Shown here: piece after piece, positions 11,810 through 23,484 of the stretch
Layout: each line of letters starts with the position of its first letter
How positions within the stretch are numbered: position 1 is the stretch's first letter
Assembly: GCF_006345805.1 (NCBI RefSeq)
Contig: NC_042999.1
Span: 45,632,001-45,696,000 of the forward strand
Source: Octopus sinensis
Taxonomy: Eukaryota
DNA: 64,000 nt
Reading direction: 5' to 3'
Notes under the pieces: generated by a model
Told to the model about the DNA's origin: nothing
The model's input: the letters and a program-made list of their open reading frames with translations, nothing else
Databases searched by the model: none
Program-made: the position numbers and the translations under genes

Positions 11810-12275
11810 CCTTCACTGGTTTCAGTCATTGGACTGTGGCTATGCTGGAGCACCTGCTTCAAAGGCATAGTTGGAAGAAAATCGACACCAGTACTTATTT
11901 TTAAGCCTGAAACTTATTTTATCCGTCTCTCTTGCTAAACCATTAAGTTATAGGGACTAAACAAACCAACATTGCACATTATTTACATTATTTACATTTG
12001 ACGGATATTTGTCCTCATCTCGTTTGTTGTTAATACAATATTTCGACTGATATACTATCCAGCCTTCATCAAGTGTCTTGGGAAAGGCTGGAGGGTATAT
12101 CAGCTGAAACCTTGTGTTAACAACAAACAAGATGAGGACAAATATCTGTCAAATATAAATAATGTAAATAATGTACATAATTCCTCATCTCTTAAATATA
12201 GAACTGGAAAACCAACATTGGTTGTTCAGTGATGGTAGGGCAGCACAAGCACAATGACACACACATGCACATATA
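11810..12275 (-). mobile_element. SINE family A 3' half, interrupted by a PLE insertion
   Basis: Reverse-complement tail gtttcagtcattggactgtggctatgctggagcacc; the sequence resumes after 12208. Confidence 0.7.
11975..12208. mobile_element. Inverted (head-to-head) PLE pseudo-LTR pair, family 1, with a 12-bp TSD
   Basis: Minus arm 11976-12085 and plus arm about 12083-12207 are reverse complements. Both carry decayed or truncated HHR halves. The direct repeat aaaccaacattg flanks the insert at 11963-11974 and 12209-12220. Confidence 0.75.
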
Positions 12276-12310
12276 TATATATGCGAGCATACTGAGTAAT
12301 GTCACTGCTT

Positions 12311-12728
12311 AGGAGTGGCTGTGTGGTAAGTAGCTTACTTACCAACCACATGGTTCCAGGTTCAGTCTCACTGCATGGCACCTTGGACAAGTGTCTTCTA
12401 TAGCCTCAGGCCGACCAAAGCCTTGTGAGTGGATTTGGTAGACGGAAACTGAAAGAAGCCTGTTGTATATATATATATATATTTGTATATATATATGTGT
12501 GTGTTTGTGTGTATGTGGGTGTTGTGTGTGTTTGTCCCCCCAACATTTCTTGACAACTGATGCTGGTGTGTTTATGTCCCTGTAACTTTGCAGTTCGGTA
12601 AAAGATATCGATAGAATACGTACTAGACTAAGAAAGAATAAGTCCTGGGGTCGATTTGTTCGACTAAAGGCGGTGCCCCAGCATGGCCACAGTCAAATGA
12701 CTGAAACAAGTAAAAGAATAAAAGAATA
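12311..12728 (+). mobile_element. SINE family A, full length
   Basis: aggagtggctgtgtggtaagtagc head through cagtcaaatgactgaaacaagtaaaagaataaaag tail. Confidence 0.88.
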
Positions 12729-12794
12729 AAAAAATGAATTATGAAATTTGTGTTTTTGTGATCATGTGTGTCTGCTGTAGTGTGTGATTTTGTC

Positions 12795-12960
12795 ATGGAC
12801 AGGAACAAAGAGCCAACATGGAATTTTGCATTAAAATTGGGAAGTCTACTAGAGAGACATTGAGCATGCTTCGGCAAGCTTACAGTCATGAGACAATGGG
12901 TCGTATGCAATGTTTTGAGTGGCATGGGAGCTTCAAAAGCAGAAGAATGTCCCTGGAAGA
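12795..12960 (+). pseudogene. Mariner transposase N-terminal (HTH) fragment
   Basis: EFCIKIGKSTRETLSMLRQAYSHETMGRMQCFEWHGSFKSRRMSLED matches the mariner pattern FCxKxGKSxxET..QAYG..FEWxxxFKxGRxSLED. Confidence 0.75.
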
Positions 12961-13996
12961 CCTGCCACGAGGTCCATTGCATTTTTGCCAGCTGAGTGGA
13001 TTGAAGTAAACAGTCTAACAACAGAAACGGAAGAAGTAAATAAAACAGTTGTTGTTGTTGGCAAAATAGCTGTTGTTGTTGTTTAGCCTTTGATTAGGCA
13101 TGGTTGAGTAGACTTATGATCCAAGACATTCCACTTTTAAAAGATACTGATTCTAAGACTACATAAAGTAATGCTTCTTTATTTTCTTAGAATGGGATTT
13201 AAAAGAGCTTTGGCTGCTATTTCCGTCGAGTTGAGTAACCATGTTTGGTAAATGAATGTTAGATCACTTTATTCTAATTATGCTCTTTCAGTATAACATT
13301 ACTGATATTTATTTTATTTAATTGCTAAACACTTTAATTGATAAAGAATGACTTTAATCTAGCTCTGATTTATTCATTTATTTATATTTTAATCAAAGAA
13401 TTAAGCAATAAATTGGATGTATTTATGAATTCAATAATAAAAGCAATCTAATTAATTAAAATCTATAGAATCTGTGACAATAATAACCCTTGTTGAAAAA
13501 CTGTCAGTGAAATTGTTATAACATGATATAACTAAAATATAAGATAACGGTATCATTTCTTGCATTAACACAGAACTTGACATTTTTAGCAGTTACAAAG
13601 GAAATTGAAAATATGTGACATTTCTCTTATTACACTACACTGCACTAGTATCACTCATAATGTGAACTGAGAATGGAAAATGATTTGCAGACTGACTTTG
13701 GCTTGCCAGAAGTATACTTCTGTTTTGCTGCCACTCACCCTGTTAATATTGACATTTTGTGTTTTGTATTGTGTAAAGAAGAGAAGCTGGCTTCATTCAT
13801 TAGATTGTCGCCTTTCTTGGACATCACCCTTAAAAGTGCTGTACAAGGAATTTTCTGCCATTATATCGTTTTGAGCCTAGTACTTCTCTTGGTACTTATT
13901 TTATTGGTTTTGTGAAGTAGCATGAAAGCTCACAAGGGATATAAACATGAAAGCACCAAATACCACCAATATACAGACATAAACATAATATATAGT

Positions 13997-14227
13997 TTAA
14001 GGCGGCGAGCTGGCAGAAACGTTAGCACACTGGGTGAAATGCTTAGTAGTATTTCATCTGCTGCTACATTCTGAGTTCAAATTCTGCCAAGGTCGACTTA
14101 GCCTTTCATCCTTTCAGGGTTGATTAAGTACCAGTTAGGCACTGGGGTCGATGTAATCAACTTAATCCGTTTGTCTGTCCTTGTTTGTCCCCTCTGTGTG
14201 TAGCCCCTTGTGGGCAGTAAAGAAATA
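13997..14227 (+). mobile_element. SINE family B, young full-length copy with an 18-bp TSD
   Basis: ttaaggcggcgagctggcagaaacgttagc head; TSD ataaacataatatatagt at 13979-13996 and 14228-14245. Confidence 0.88.
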
Positions 14228-14472
14228 ATAAACATAATATATAGTATATGAATACACAGTAAAATGCACCCAGCACACTTTTCAAAGTGGTTGGTAAGTG
14301 GAGACAAAAAATGTAGTGAAGAGAGGACTGTTTGGTCTTGCTGGATATAAACAACCCCACTAGTGTTGATGCCACTAGCTTAGTGTTAGAAAGGGTATCC
14401 AACTATACAATACCATGCTAGAAATGAAATATACAAGTGAGATGCTGTCCCTCAACCCATCTAAGATGGTAA

Positions 14473-14624
14473 CACTAGCGTAGCTAGAGTATGTGCTTCC
14501 CAGGGCGGCCCTTCTGTTTGCCACCCCTGGACCTGACAAAAGACAAATATATTGCTTGCAGCAGACCTAAATGTGCCACCTGGGGTGGACCACCCCTACC
14601 TCACCCCACCTAGTTACACTAGTG
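14473..14624. mobile_element. hAT-type MITE (152 bp)
   Basis: 15-bp TIRs cactagcgtagctag / ctagttacactagtg (2 mismatches) and an exact 8-bp TSD gatggtaa (14465-14472, 14625-14632). Confidence 0.85.
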
Positions 14625-15854
14625 GATGGTAATAATTCTGAATAAGAAATTACTAAGATTGGGATGACTTGTTCAACTCATGCCAGCATGGAAAGCAGTG
14701 ATAAAATTAATGATGGTGACAATGACACATACACATTCTATAAGGTTTTGTACAGTCTGCTTGTTTGACTTACAAGACTTAGATAGATGTGAGGCTGTAG
14801 TAGAAGATACTTGCCCAAGGTGCTGTGCAATGGAATTGAACGGGGAACCATGTGATTGCAAAGCAGACTTCTTAAACTGTTTGTTTTAACAAAATCATGT
14901 GAGGAAAGAAGGAATAATATACCACTTTTGCCCTTTTTTCCTTTGTACTAGTTAAAAAAATTTTGAAGTTTGTATTTTAGACACCATTTACAATGAAATG
15001 GTTTTATATTGTTGCTGTTATTGTTTAACCCCAGGTCTACCTTTGTCAAGCAAACCTGTGGTCAAGAGACATTTGAGCTGTGGCCATTCTACCTTTTTTT
15101 TTCCAGATATAGTGTATCCAGCACCACATTATCCAACAATGTCTTTCTTCTCTTTTAAAATGATAGGTTGTGATTCAAAGGAGATTTAGCTGCTATTTCT
15201 GACTAGTTGTGCAGCCATGTAGAGGCTTTCTCTTCTTGTTCATCTCTGGTTTTAATATAGTTTAGGCATGTGTAATTATAATGAATTTATGTAAAGATTG
15301 ATTTACCTTTTGCTAACAACATATAGATCATCGTTTTAGTGCTGTGTTTACACTCATCTCATTGCTCCGCTCCTTTATGTGTGAACAATGCTTACCAATG
15401 ACATGAGCTGTTAGGTTATATAACACTTCCTGCTCTCCATTAATTTTCTACCATTGTGTTATATTAGACTTGTCAGAGTAGTAATTGATTTTAATATTGT
15501 AAATCTGTGTTTGGTATATAGTGTTGTACATATCATCATACACAACAGCAAGTTAACAGATAAATAAACGCAGAAGCAGTATTTGTAGCAGTGGTAGTAG
15601 TTTAGTTCCAGGTCAGTTCTGATTGTGCACAGTTATGACAAAAGGCGTTCCCACCATGGCCACCTCATCTTTTTCCACCTCAGCAATTACATTGTCTAAT
15701 GTGTTCTTCTTTTGTTTAAGATGGAAATGTTTTATTTCAAAGCAATTTGGTTGCTATTGCTTCCAGTCACATAGTGACTTCCTTTTTAGCTCTAAGATTG
15801 TTGTTGCTCTGAAACTGTGTGTTTGAGTTTGTCTTACATATTAACTTAACAGAT

Positions 15855-16925
15855 GCAAATGTGGCTGTGTGGTAAAAAGAAAAAAACCAGAAAAATGGGA
15901 CATTGCCGGCGGTTTGTGACACGCTACCGGCATGTCCCGAAGCACCTTCGGTGGGAGTTGTGCCACCGAAGGTGGAAACTGTAGATCCCTCCCATGCTGT
16001 GGAGGAGGAATTTGTGGTCCTCTTCCATGAGGGAGGAACATTAGAAAACTTTGTCGAGAAGTTTAAAAGGAAAGGCCGGTTTGAGGGGATTCTGTCCTGC
16101 ATGGAGAACCCTGAGTGGCCTTTATGGGTGGCTGCGGAGGTGATATGGGAAACTGATCTGTGCAGGATAATGAATTCCTTCCCAGAGGACTCTTTTAGAT
16201 TCATGGCAAAGTGGTCCGGCTTGACACCGTCTAGGTGCTTCAAAGAATCAAGGAGCTTGGTCGGACAGAAAAGCATGTAACTGATATTAAAAGTAAAAGG
16301 CTTGGTGCCTCACTTTTATTATATTTTTATTGTATTTTATTGAATTGTGTAAGAGGTTAATTGCCTCATAAATGGTCTTTGTATTGTAAAAATGTAAGAG
16401 ATTTATTGCCTCGAGTATGAAACTTAAAAAGAACAATGTTTTGGGGTAAACGGCAGTCGGCAGATGTTGCTTGTTGCCCTCATTTTTCACCATTTCATTT
16501 GTCATTCATATCATTATGTGTGTGTTCAGCCCACAGCATCCTTTCTTTGTAAGGCCTTTGTGGCGAATTAAATGAATAAAAGAAGTTTGTTCCCCAACCA
16601 CATGGTTCCAATTCAGTTCCATTGTCTGGCACCTTCTATTATAACATTAAGCTGACCAAAACCTTGTGAGTGGATTCGGTAGATGGAAACTGAAAGAAGC
16701 CTGTCATGTATATATGTACATGTTTGTGTTTGTCCCCCACAAATGCTTGAGAACTGATGCTGGTGTGTTTATATTCCCTTAACTTAGTGGTTTGGCAAAA
16801 GAGACTGATAGAATAAGTACTAAGCTTAAAAAGAAAATGTATTGGAGTCAATTCATTCAACTAAAAATTCTTCAAGGTGGGTACTCCAGCATGGCCACAA
16901 TTTAATGACTGAAACAAGTAAAACA
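15855..16925 (+). mobile_element. SINE family A split by the 15876-16578 insert
   Basis: The head gtggctgtgtggtaa stops at about 15875 and resumes as agaagtttgttccccaaccacatggttcc at about 16579. Confidence 0.75.
15876..16280 (+). CDS. 5'-truncated orphan reading frame of unknown function, inside a roughly 700-bp insert that splits a SINE
   Basis: The frame is open from the insert boundary (KEKNQKNGTLPAVCDTLPACPEAP...SRSLVGQKSM*). It is a GC-richer island followed by an AT-rich tail with AATAAA near 16575. No recognisable domain. Confidence 0.35.
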   Translation, partial: KEKNQKNGTLPAVCDTLPACPEAPSVGVVPPKVETVDPSHAVEEEFVVLFHEGGTLENFVEKFKRKGRFEGILSCMENPEWPLWVAAEVIWETDLCRIMNSFPEDSFRFMAKWSGLTPSRCFKESRSLVGQKSM

Positions 16926-17527
16926 TCAAAGATAACCCCAACCACTTGACAACCTGTGCTGGTTTGTTTACATCTCCATAACTTAATTGTTTAGCAAAGG
17001 AGACAAGTAGAATATGTACAAGGCTTTAAAAAAATGAGTGCAGGGGTTGACTTGTTTGGCTAAAATCTTTCAAGGCAGTACTCCAGAAAATTGATGTCAA
17101 TGGATTGCATTCATCATGATCATGATCATGATCATCATTTAATGTCTGTCTTCCATACTGGCATGGGTTGGATAATTTGGCAGGAGCTGGCCAGGTAGAA
17201 GACAACACTGGGGTTCTGTGGCTGTTTTGGCAGGATTTTTACAGCTGAATGCCCTTCCTAACACCAACCACCCTGCAGACTGAACTGAGGGATTTTCATG
17301 TGACATCAGCACAGGTGAGGCCAGTTTTGGATTGGATGCTTTTTACAAGGAATTTTGAGAGTGGGAGGGGGCATCAGAGGAGGTGATCTTGTGTTAGATG
17401 ATCTTGTGTCAGTCTTGTGAAATCAATTGTACAGAAACATTTTAAGAGGACATTTAATCAATGGAAATTTTTTTCATTATTCTCTTTTTTTTTTAATAAC
17501 TGTTTTGAAATGGTATTTATTCATAAG

Positions 17528-17925
17528 TGCAGGAGTGGCTGTGTGGTAAGTAGCTTGCTTACCAACCACATGGTTCCGGGTTTATTCCCACTGCATGGCA
17601 CCTTGGGCGAGTGTCTTTTACTATATCCTCGGGCTGACCAAAGCCTTGTGAGTGGATTTGGTAGACAGAAACTGAAAGAAGCCCATCGTATATATGTATA
17701 TTTATATGTATGTGTGTGTATATGTTTGTGTGTCTGTGTTTGTCCCCCAATATTGCTTGACAACCGATGGTGGTGTGTTTATGTCCCTGTTACTTAGCAG
17801 TTCGGCAAAAGAGACCGATAGAATATGTACTAGGCTTCTAAAGAATAAGTTCTGGGGTTGATTTGCTTGACTAAAGGCGTTGCTCCAGCATGGCCGCAGT
17901 CAAATGACTGAAACAAGTTAAAAGA
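17528..17925 (+). mobile_element. SINE family A, full length
   Basis: gtgcaggagtggctgtgtggtaagtagcttgcttaccaaccac head through cagtcaaatgactgaaacaag tail. Confidence 0.88.
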
Positions 17926-18155
17926 GAAAGAGAGCTGAAACTAAACTGGAGGAATTTAGGAAAGGATGGAAGTGACATAAGTTACCTGAGTGAACCCTTC
18001 TGGAAATGAAGTATGTTAAACTTATATGCCATGAACTCGCAAGGGAACTACTCAAATAGTTTCTCCATTTGCTAGAACTAACAGCCAAATCTATCTCAAA
18101 TTTCACCCTCCTTTATGTTTTGGTTAATGTAATCCTTGAAACAAGATGAAATGAT

Positions 18156-18712
18156 CAGGGTTGTCCAGAAAGTTCGTGCTGTTTTATAGTAGCTAACCTT
18201 TTGACTTATTTTAGAACATGGTTGAATCCATAAAATAGGATTTGACTACACCTCCATTTAGAGCACAGTTTAAGCTATCTTTTCATGGAAGAAGGCTTAT
18301 GTTCCTATAGCCTGTGTTAATTCTGTAACCCTTTAAAATGGAAGATAAGAAAGTTCATTTTCGGCACTTGATGCTTTGCGAACCAGACAAAAATTGCTGC
18401 AGCTCGGCTGGGATGTGTTACCCCACCCTCCATATTCACCAGATATTGCTCCACTTATTCAAGTCTCTGCAGAATAGTCTTAATGGTAAGATTTTCGATT
18501 CCTTGGATGACGTAAAAAGATACCTTGATGAATTCTTTGCCATGAAACCACCTCAACTCTGGGAAGAGGGTATTTTCAAGTTAAAGGAAAGATGGAAACA
18601 CATTGTGCAGCAAAATGGTTCATATTTGGTTGATTAAAAATGTAATGGCAAGTATTTATTGACTTATTTCTTTCCTTTAAAAATCGGCATGAACTTTCCG
18701 GACAACCCAATA
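18156..18712 (+). mobile_element. Internally deleted mariner transposon
   Basis: TIRs gggttgtccagaaagttcgtgc / gcatgaactttccggacaaccc followed by TA. The N-terminus MEDKKVHFRHLML is joined to C-terminal QLGWDVLPHPPYSPDIAP (another frame) and LFKSLQNSLNGK..RWKHIVQQNGSYL. Confidence 0.88.
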
Positions 18713-19167
18713 CCTTTTAAGTATATTTCTACTCAATCAGAGCTGGCCCATGGTTAAGCAATAGCAACTACAACAACATTTCAGAAAGTGTCTTTGGTTT
18801 CTGTATGATACTTGACAGAACTTCTCATTTGCTGTGGTTTTCATGAAACATGCAATTCCTTTCGACAGCACCCACCAACATGAACTAATAACAGTGATCG
18901 TGTATGTGTGTGCACACATGTATTTGTGCTTCTGTGTGTGTGTTTGTTTATGTGTGTGTGTGTATGTGTAAGAGAGAGAGAGAAAGAGCAGGGTAATTGA
19001 TAGGGTATTGAAAGAGCAAAGTAATTGATAGGGTATTGAATTACTAACTCGGATCTTCAGGGCCGTTCCATTACAAATATTTTATGTATTTAGGCTTAAG
19101 TACTCTTATTTTACATTATTTCAGTTCAACTATCTGTCCAGAAAAACTAATAGATCATCGAATTGGT

Positions 19168-19752
19168 GACTGGACAATTTTCTGTAAACAAATTCACTGT
19201 AGGTCAATTGGCCATAGGACTATTTGCCATAAGACAATTCACCATACAGATATTTTGCTGCAGGGACATTTTGCTGTAAAGCTTAGCAACTTGAAATTGC
19301 TTCATTAATTAAATAAGGTAGATAGAGGAAAAGTGTTTACAGCAGTCATTTTCAGTAATTGCTGAAATGATAATTTAAAAACAGAAAGGTCATTTAAATT
19401 TGAAACTGCATCATTAATTGCTGAAATGAGAATTTAAAAGTAGAAAAGTTGTTTAACATTTATTTGCATGTAATTTCAATGAATTTACATGATTTAAATT
19501 TTTTTTTAGCTTAACTTTTGAAATGAACTGTATGACCTTCATTATTTTAAAATAAAATGTATGACTTTCAATATTTTAATTTTTATTTTTTATCCTTCTC
19601 TTTTTGTGCTTTACGACAAATTGTTCTTGTGGTGAAATATCTGTGCAGTGAAAATCTTACAATGAATAGTCCTGTGGCCAATTGTCATACGGTGAAATAT
19701 CTTACAGCCAATTGTCCTACAGTGAAATGCCTTACGGCAAATTGTCCTGGGT
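19168..19752. mobile_element. Foldback/MULE-like MITE with long TIRs built from about 15-bp subrepeats
   Basis: Left (19168-19283) units ggacaatt..cactgta are mirrored in inverted orientation at 19609-19750 (tacagtgaaatgcc, tacggcaaattgtcc). The interior is AT-rich. Confidence 0.65.
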
Positions 19753-20127
19753 CCCATTGAATTGTATTACCTGTGATAAACTAATATCTTACCAAAGGAG
19801 TGTTACGTTTCATCTGCTTAACACCATTAGACTTCATGTATAACCCAGCCCAGATTTCGAAAACCACTTGCAGCTTTAACATTTCTTTAAGGACACACAC
19901 AAACACACACTCTCATGTGGGAACACATGCATACAGGATATGCACATATGTAGCAGCATGTACAGGAAAAAACTACTCATGCATGAATATATACACATGG
20001 GTGCATACCTACAGGACATATACACACATACATGTACATAGACATACACACATAAAGAACATGCATACATAGACAGACACATGCATACAAATGTGCACAC
20101 ACACATGCACACACACACGCACACACA

Positions 20128-20168
<41 letters not shown>

Positions 20169-20879
20169 TCACAGACAGAATCACACAGAATCACACAGAC
20201 ACATACCCACACTTGAAATTTTCTGTTGGACTGAGAAGTAAACAAAATCTTTTATTTAGTAAAGCTTCCTGAGTGCATTTGTCCATTGTGTGCTAATAAT
20301 AAATAAATATACGATTGATCAAAATGAGTATTTGTTAACTCTATAGGTGTGGGTATGGCTGTATTGTTGAGAAGCTCACTTTTCAGCCAACCATATAGCA
20401 TCAGGTTCAGTTCTACTGCATGGCACCTTGGACAAGTGTCTTCTACTAGAGCTTTGATTTGACCAAAGCTTTGTGAGTGAATCATCATCACCACCACCAC
20501 CACCAACACCACCGCCGCCGCCTCCTCCTCCTCCTCCTCCTTCTGCTGCTTAAACAATCAAAACCAGGAACCCACATCCCTCATATTAAATATTCCTTCA
20601 GATCTGCTACTACCTACCTACTGAGCCTTCATCAAAGTAAAATAGATAGATTGATAGAGATAGAGAGAGAAAAGGAAAATTCCCATGAATTTGAAAACTA
20701 TACAAATATTTTTTTTAATATTTCATTTAATTTTTTCACTATTTAATTGTTTTTCATGCTTTACTCTAAGTTGAAAAAGTCGCAAAGTCTGAAACAGATA
20801 TTAAAAAGTTCTGCATGATAAAATTATTTTGGCATTTTCTACCTTGTCCTATTTTCCTTATATATATATATATAGATCA

Positions 20880-21145
20880 CCTGGATTGGCCAGGGTGTCT
20901 GGTGGCGAGTTGGCTCCACTGGCCACACCATTTGTTCCATTCCCCTCGTACTCTTGCCATTCTCCTCCACATTGTTCCAAACATTTTTCTTAAATCATCT
21001 TTTCACCTGATTGGAGGTCTTCTAAGTGGTCTCTTCTGCTCACATGTATACCACTTAACAACTGCATGGGTCCACCAATTGTCTATGAACCTTGCGACAT
21101 GACCAGCCCATTGTAGTTTTGCATGTTGGTATTGTGTTGATGTTC
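20880..21145 (-). pseudogene. RTE (BovB-like) ORF C-terminal fragment
   Basis: Minus strand KLQWAGHVARFIDNWWTHAVVKWYTCEQKRPLRRPPIR*KDDLRK, the typical RTE WAGHVAR..W..KR..RP..W motif. Confidence 0.75.
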
Positions 21146-21446
21146 TTCACTCCATATATATATATATATATACTTTATAATTAGGGTTCAGCAAAGATTA
21201 CCAGTAATTTTAGTTTTTCTGGGAGTCCCTTTTTAAAGTAGAAGAAATAGCTAAGGTTTTTTGGCTGCTATTTCTAAACTTCGGTACGTGGTAAAGCAAA
21301 TCTTTGCTGAACCCTAATTATAAAGTATTACTCAAGTTTACCGTGAAATGGTCCTTTTTCATGCCGAATTCTACTTGGTGAAATTATTGATTACTTCTTA
21401 ATTAATTAATTTTACCCTTTGTTATTATATATATATATATATGTAA

Positions 21447-22660
21447 GAGTTAATATTTATCCCCACTTAATGGTGGATGTTCTGTTAGAACAAAGTATAC
21501 TGCGGTCGATACCATGAGAGAAACTCTCATATTGGCTTTTGGTACAATATGCACTCGTGTTTATTTCGCTAGTGGTGAGATAAATCCCTGTCATCTTCAG
21601 TGCTGAAACCACCAAACCACATGATTTTGACCTTACTGGCTCATTGCAACATGGCACTGTTTTTCTATATATTGCTGGTGCGCAGATGAGTTGCTGCTAT
21701 CTCTAGTGGTTGAGCATCCATCCTTGATGAGACCAAGAAAGGTTGAAATCATGTGATCTGGTAGTCTCAATGCTGGAGATGGTGATGATTTATTTCCCTG
21801 CTTATGATATAAACCAGAGTGCATTTTGCACCAAGAGTCAGTATGAGAACTTCTCTCATGGTATCTACTGCAGTATAGTTTGTTCTTACAGAACATCCAC
21901 ATTTAAGTGGCAATAAATATCCCCTCCTGGTATTAATACTGTATCTGTCACTAATATATATATTGTAACAAGCTCATTAGCTAATTGCGACACCAGCGTC
22001 TGTTCTGGCACTGTTTTTCTATATATCATTGGCAGGGAAAGAATCGCTACTATCTCTAGTGGTCGAGCTTCCATCATTGACAAGAAGAAGGTCAAAATCA
22101 CATGAACTGGTGGTCAGCATTGGAGATGGCAGGGATTTATCCCCCTGCTGGCAATATAAACAAGTGTGCATTTTGTACCAAATGCCTATATGAGAACTTC
22201 TCTCATGGTATCTACTGCAGTATAGTTTGTTCTTAAAGAACATCCACATTTAAGTGGCAATAAATATCACACCCTGGTATTAATACTGTCTCTGTCACTA
22301 ATATACATATTGTAACAAGCTCATTGGCTAATCACAACACCAGTGCCTGTTCTGATACTGATTTTCTATGTATTGCTGGTGGGGAGATGAGCTGCTGCTA
22401 TCTCTAGCAACTGAGTGTCTACCATTGATGAGACCAAGGAAGGTCAAAATCACATGACCTGATGGTCTCATAGCTAGAAATAGCAGGGATTTATCTTCCT
22501 GCTAGCGATATAAACAATAGTGTATTTTGCATGAAAAACCAATATGAGAGTTTCTCTCATGGGACCTACCACAGTATAGTTTGTTCCAACAGACCATCCA
22601 TGTTTAAGTGTGGATAAATATTAACTCACGGTATTAATATTGTCTCTGTTGCTAATATAG
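21447..22660. repeat. Three tandem units of about 350 bp (from about 21640) preceded by an inverted partial unit (21447-21634)
   Basis: The catcca motif recurs at 21894, 22241 and 22595. The reverse complement of 21447-21634 best matches the third unit (about 22440-22628). Each unit holds the hairpin atgagar-ntt-ctctcat. Confidence 0.85.
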
Positions 22661-22940
22661 AGAGTGTATTTGTGTGTGTGTATGTCTGTAGTATGTGTGT
22701 GTGTGTGTGTGTATTTATGTGTCTGTGTTTGTTCTGCCACCATCACCTGACAACTGATGTTGGTGTGTTTACATCCCCATAACTTAATGGTTTAGCAAAA
22801 GAGACTGATAGAATAAGTACTAGGCTTACAAAGAATAAGTTCTGGGGTCGATTTGTTCAACTAAAGGCAGTGCTCCAGCATGGCTGTCGTCAAATGACTG
22901 AAACGAGCAAAAGAATAATAAAAGAATATATATATATATA

Positions 22941-23251
22941 TATGCCATATGCCTGTGGGCAATTATGGAGTGAATTTTAGGGCTAAAATCGAATATTCTC
23001 CTATCCTTCCTTAATACCGGTTCCCATATGCTCTTCATATCTGCACTCGGTCTGCTTAGGAGGTTGTTGTGTCCTAGCATATGTGCTGCTTCTTTTAGTT
23101 TTCATATTTTCCATTGGCGTTCTCTGTCTATTATTTTAACTTCATCCCACAGGGGGAGGTGGTCTCCATTTTTCCATACATTATCAGCTATACCCAATTT
23201 ATGAATATCTCCCCATGTCACAGCTTTGCGATGTTCCTCTACCCTTATTTT
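22941..23251 (-). pseudogene. Penelope GIY-YIG endonuclease C-terminal fragment, family 1
   Basis: KIRVEEHRKAVTWGDIHKLGIADNVWKNGDHLPLWDEVKIIDRERQWKI*KLKEAAHMLGHNNLLSRPSADMKSIWEPVLRK matches the PLE pattern R..EH..A....S.IA.H.W...H...WD.VKI.D.E..W..R..KEA. It runs directly into ggcatatggcata, the start of the tRNA-like head. Confidence 0.85.
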
Positions 23252-23396
23252 GAAAATACCTTAGAAATGCAAACCCAGGTTCAAAATTTCCTCAAGACAA
23301 CTGATGAAGGCTGGAGGGTATATCAGCCGAAACGTTGTGTTAACAACAAACAAGATGAGGACAAATATCCATCAAATGTAAGTAACGTAAATAATA
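23251..23396 (+). mobile_element. Inverted PLE pseudo-LTR, family 1, containing a minimal hammerhead (23296-23341)
   Basis: gacaa-CTGATGA-a-GGCTG gagggtatat CAGCC-GAAAC-GTT-GTGTT. The core is intact, with one mismatch at the first stem I pair. Confidence 0.8.
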
Positions 23397-23408
23397 TGTA
23401 TATATATA

Positions 23409-23470
<62 letters not shown>

Positions 23471-23484
23471 ATATATATACATAT

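Noticed and set aside
13735-13835. Candidate minus-strand exon ending in CAGG|GTGAGT (MSKKGDNLMNEASFSSLHNTKHKMSILTG); similar strong donor near 46560
   Set aside because: Splice-like motifs are expected by chance in 64 kb, and the peptides are unrecognised. RNA-seq would be needed.
15767-16276. 169-aa antisense ORF over the orphan insert
   Set aside because: It runs out of the insert into flanking SINE and unique DNA. The plus-strand frame, with its 3' AATAAA, fits the insert better.
17918-18637. Apparent intact 99-aa mariner protein (18338-18637)
   Set aside because: It is a fusion of N- and C-terminal remnants across a large internal deletion with a frameshift; the catalytic domain is missing.
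19800-20272. Many His/Thr-, Cys/Val-, Tyr/Ile- and poly-Leu-rich ORFs here and throughout (e.g. 10700-10971, 24200-24418, 25221-25538, 55060-55375)
   Set aside because: These are translations of CA/TG, TA and ATT microsatellites, with no coding evidence.
21540-22520. Hammerhead-like look of the 350-bp repeat (CTGAAGA..hairpin..GAAAT in the inverted copy)
   Set aside because: The other three units read CTGGAGA, TTGGAGA or CTAGAAA and GATAT or AATAT, and no NUH or stem I pairing is found.
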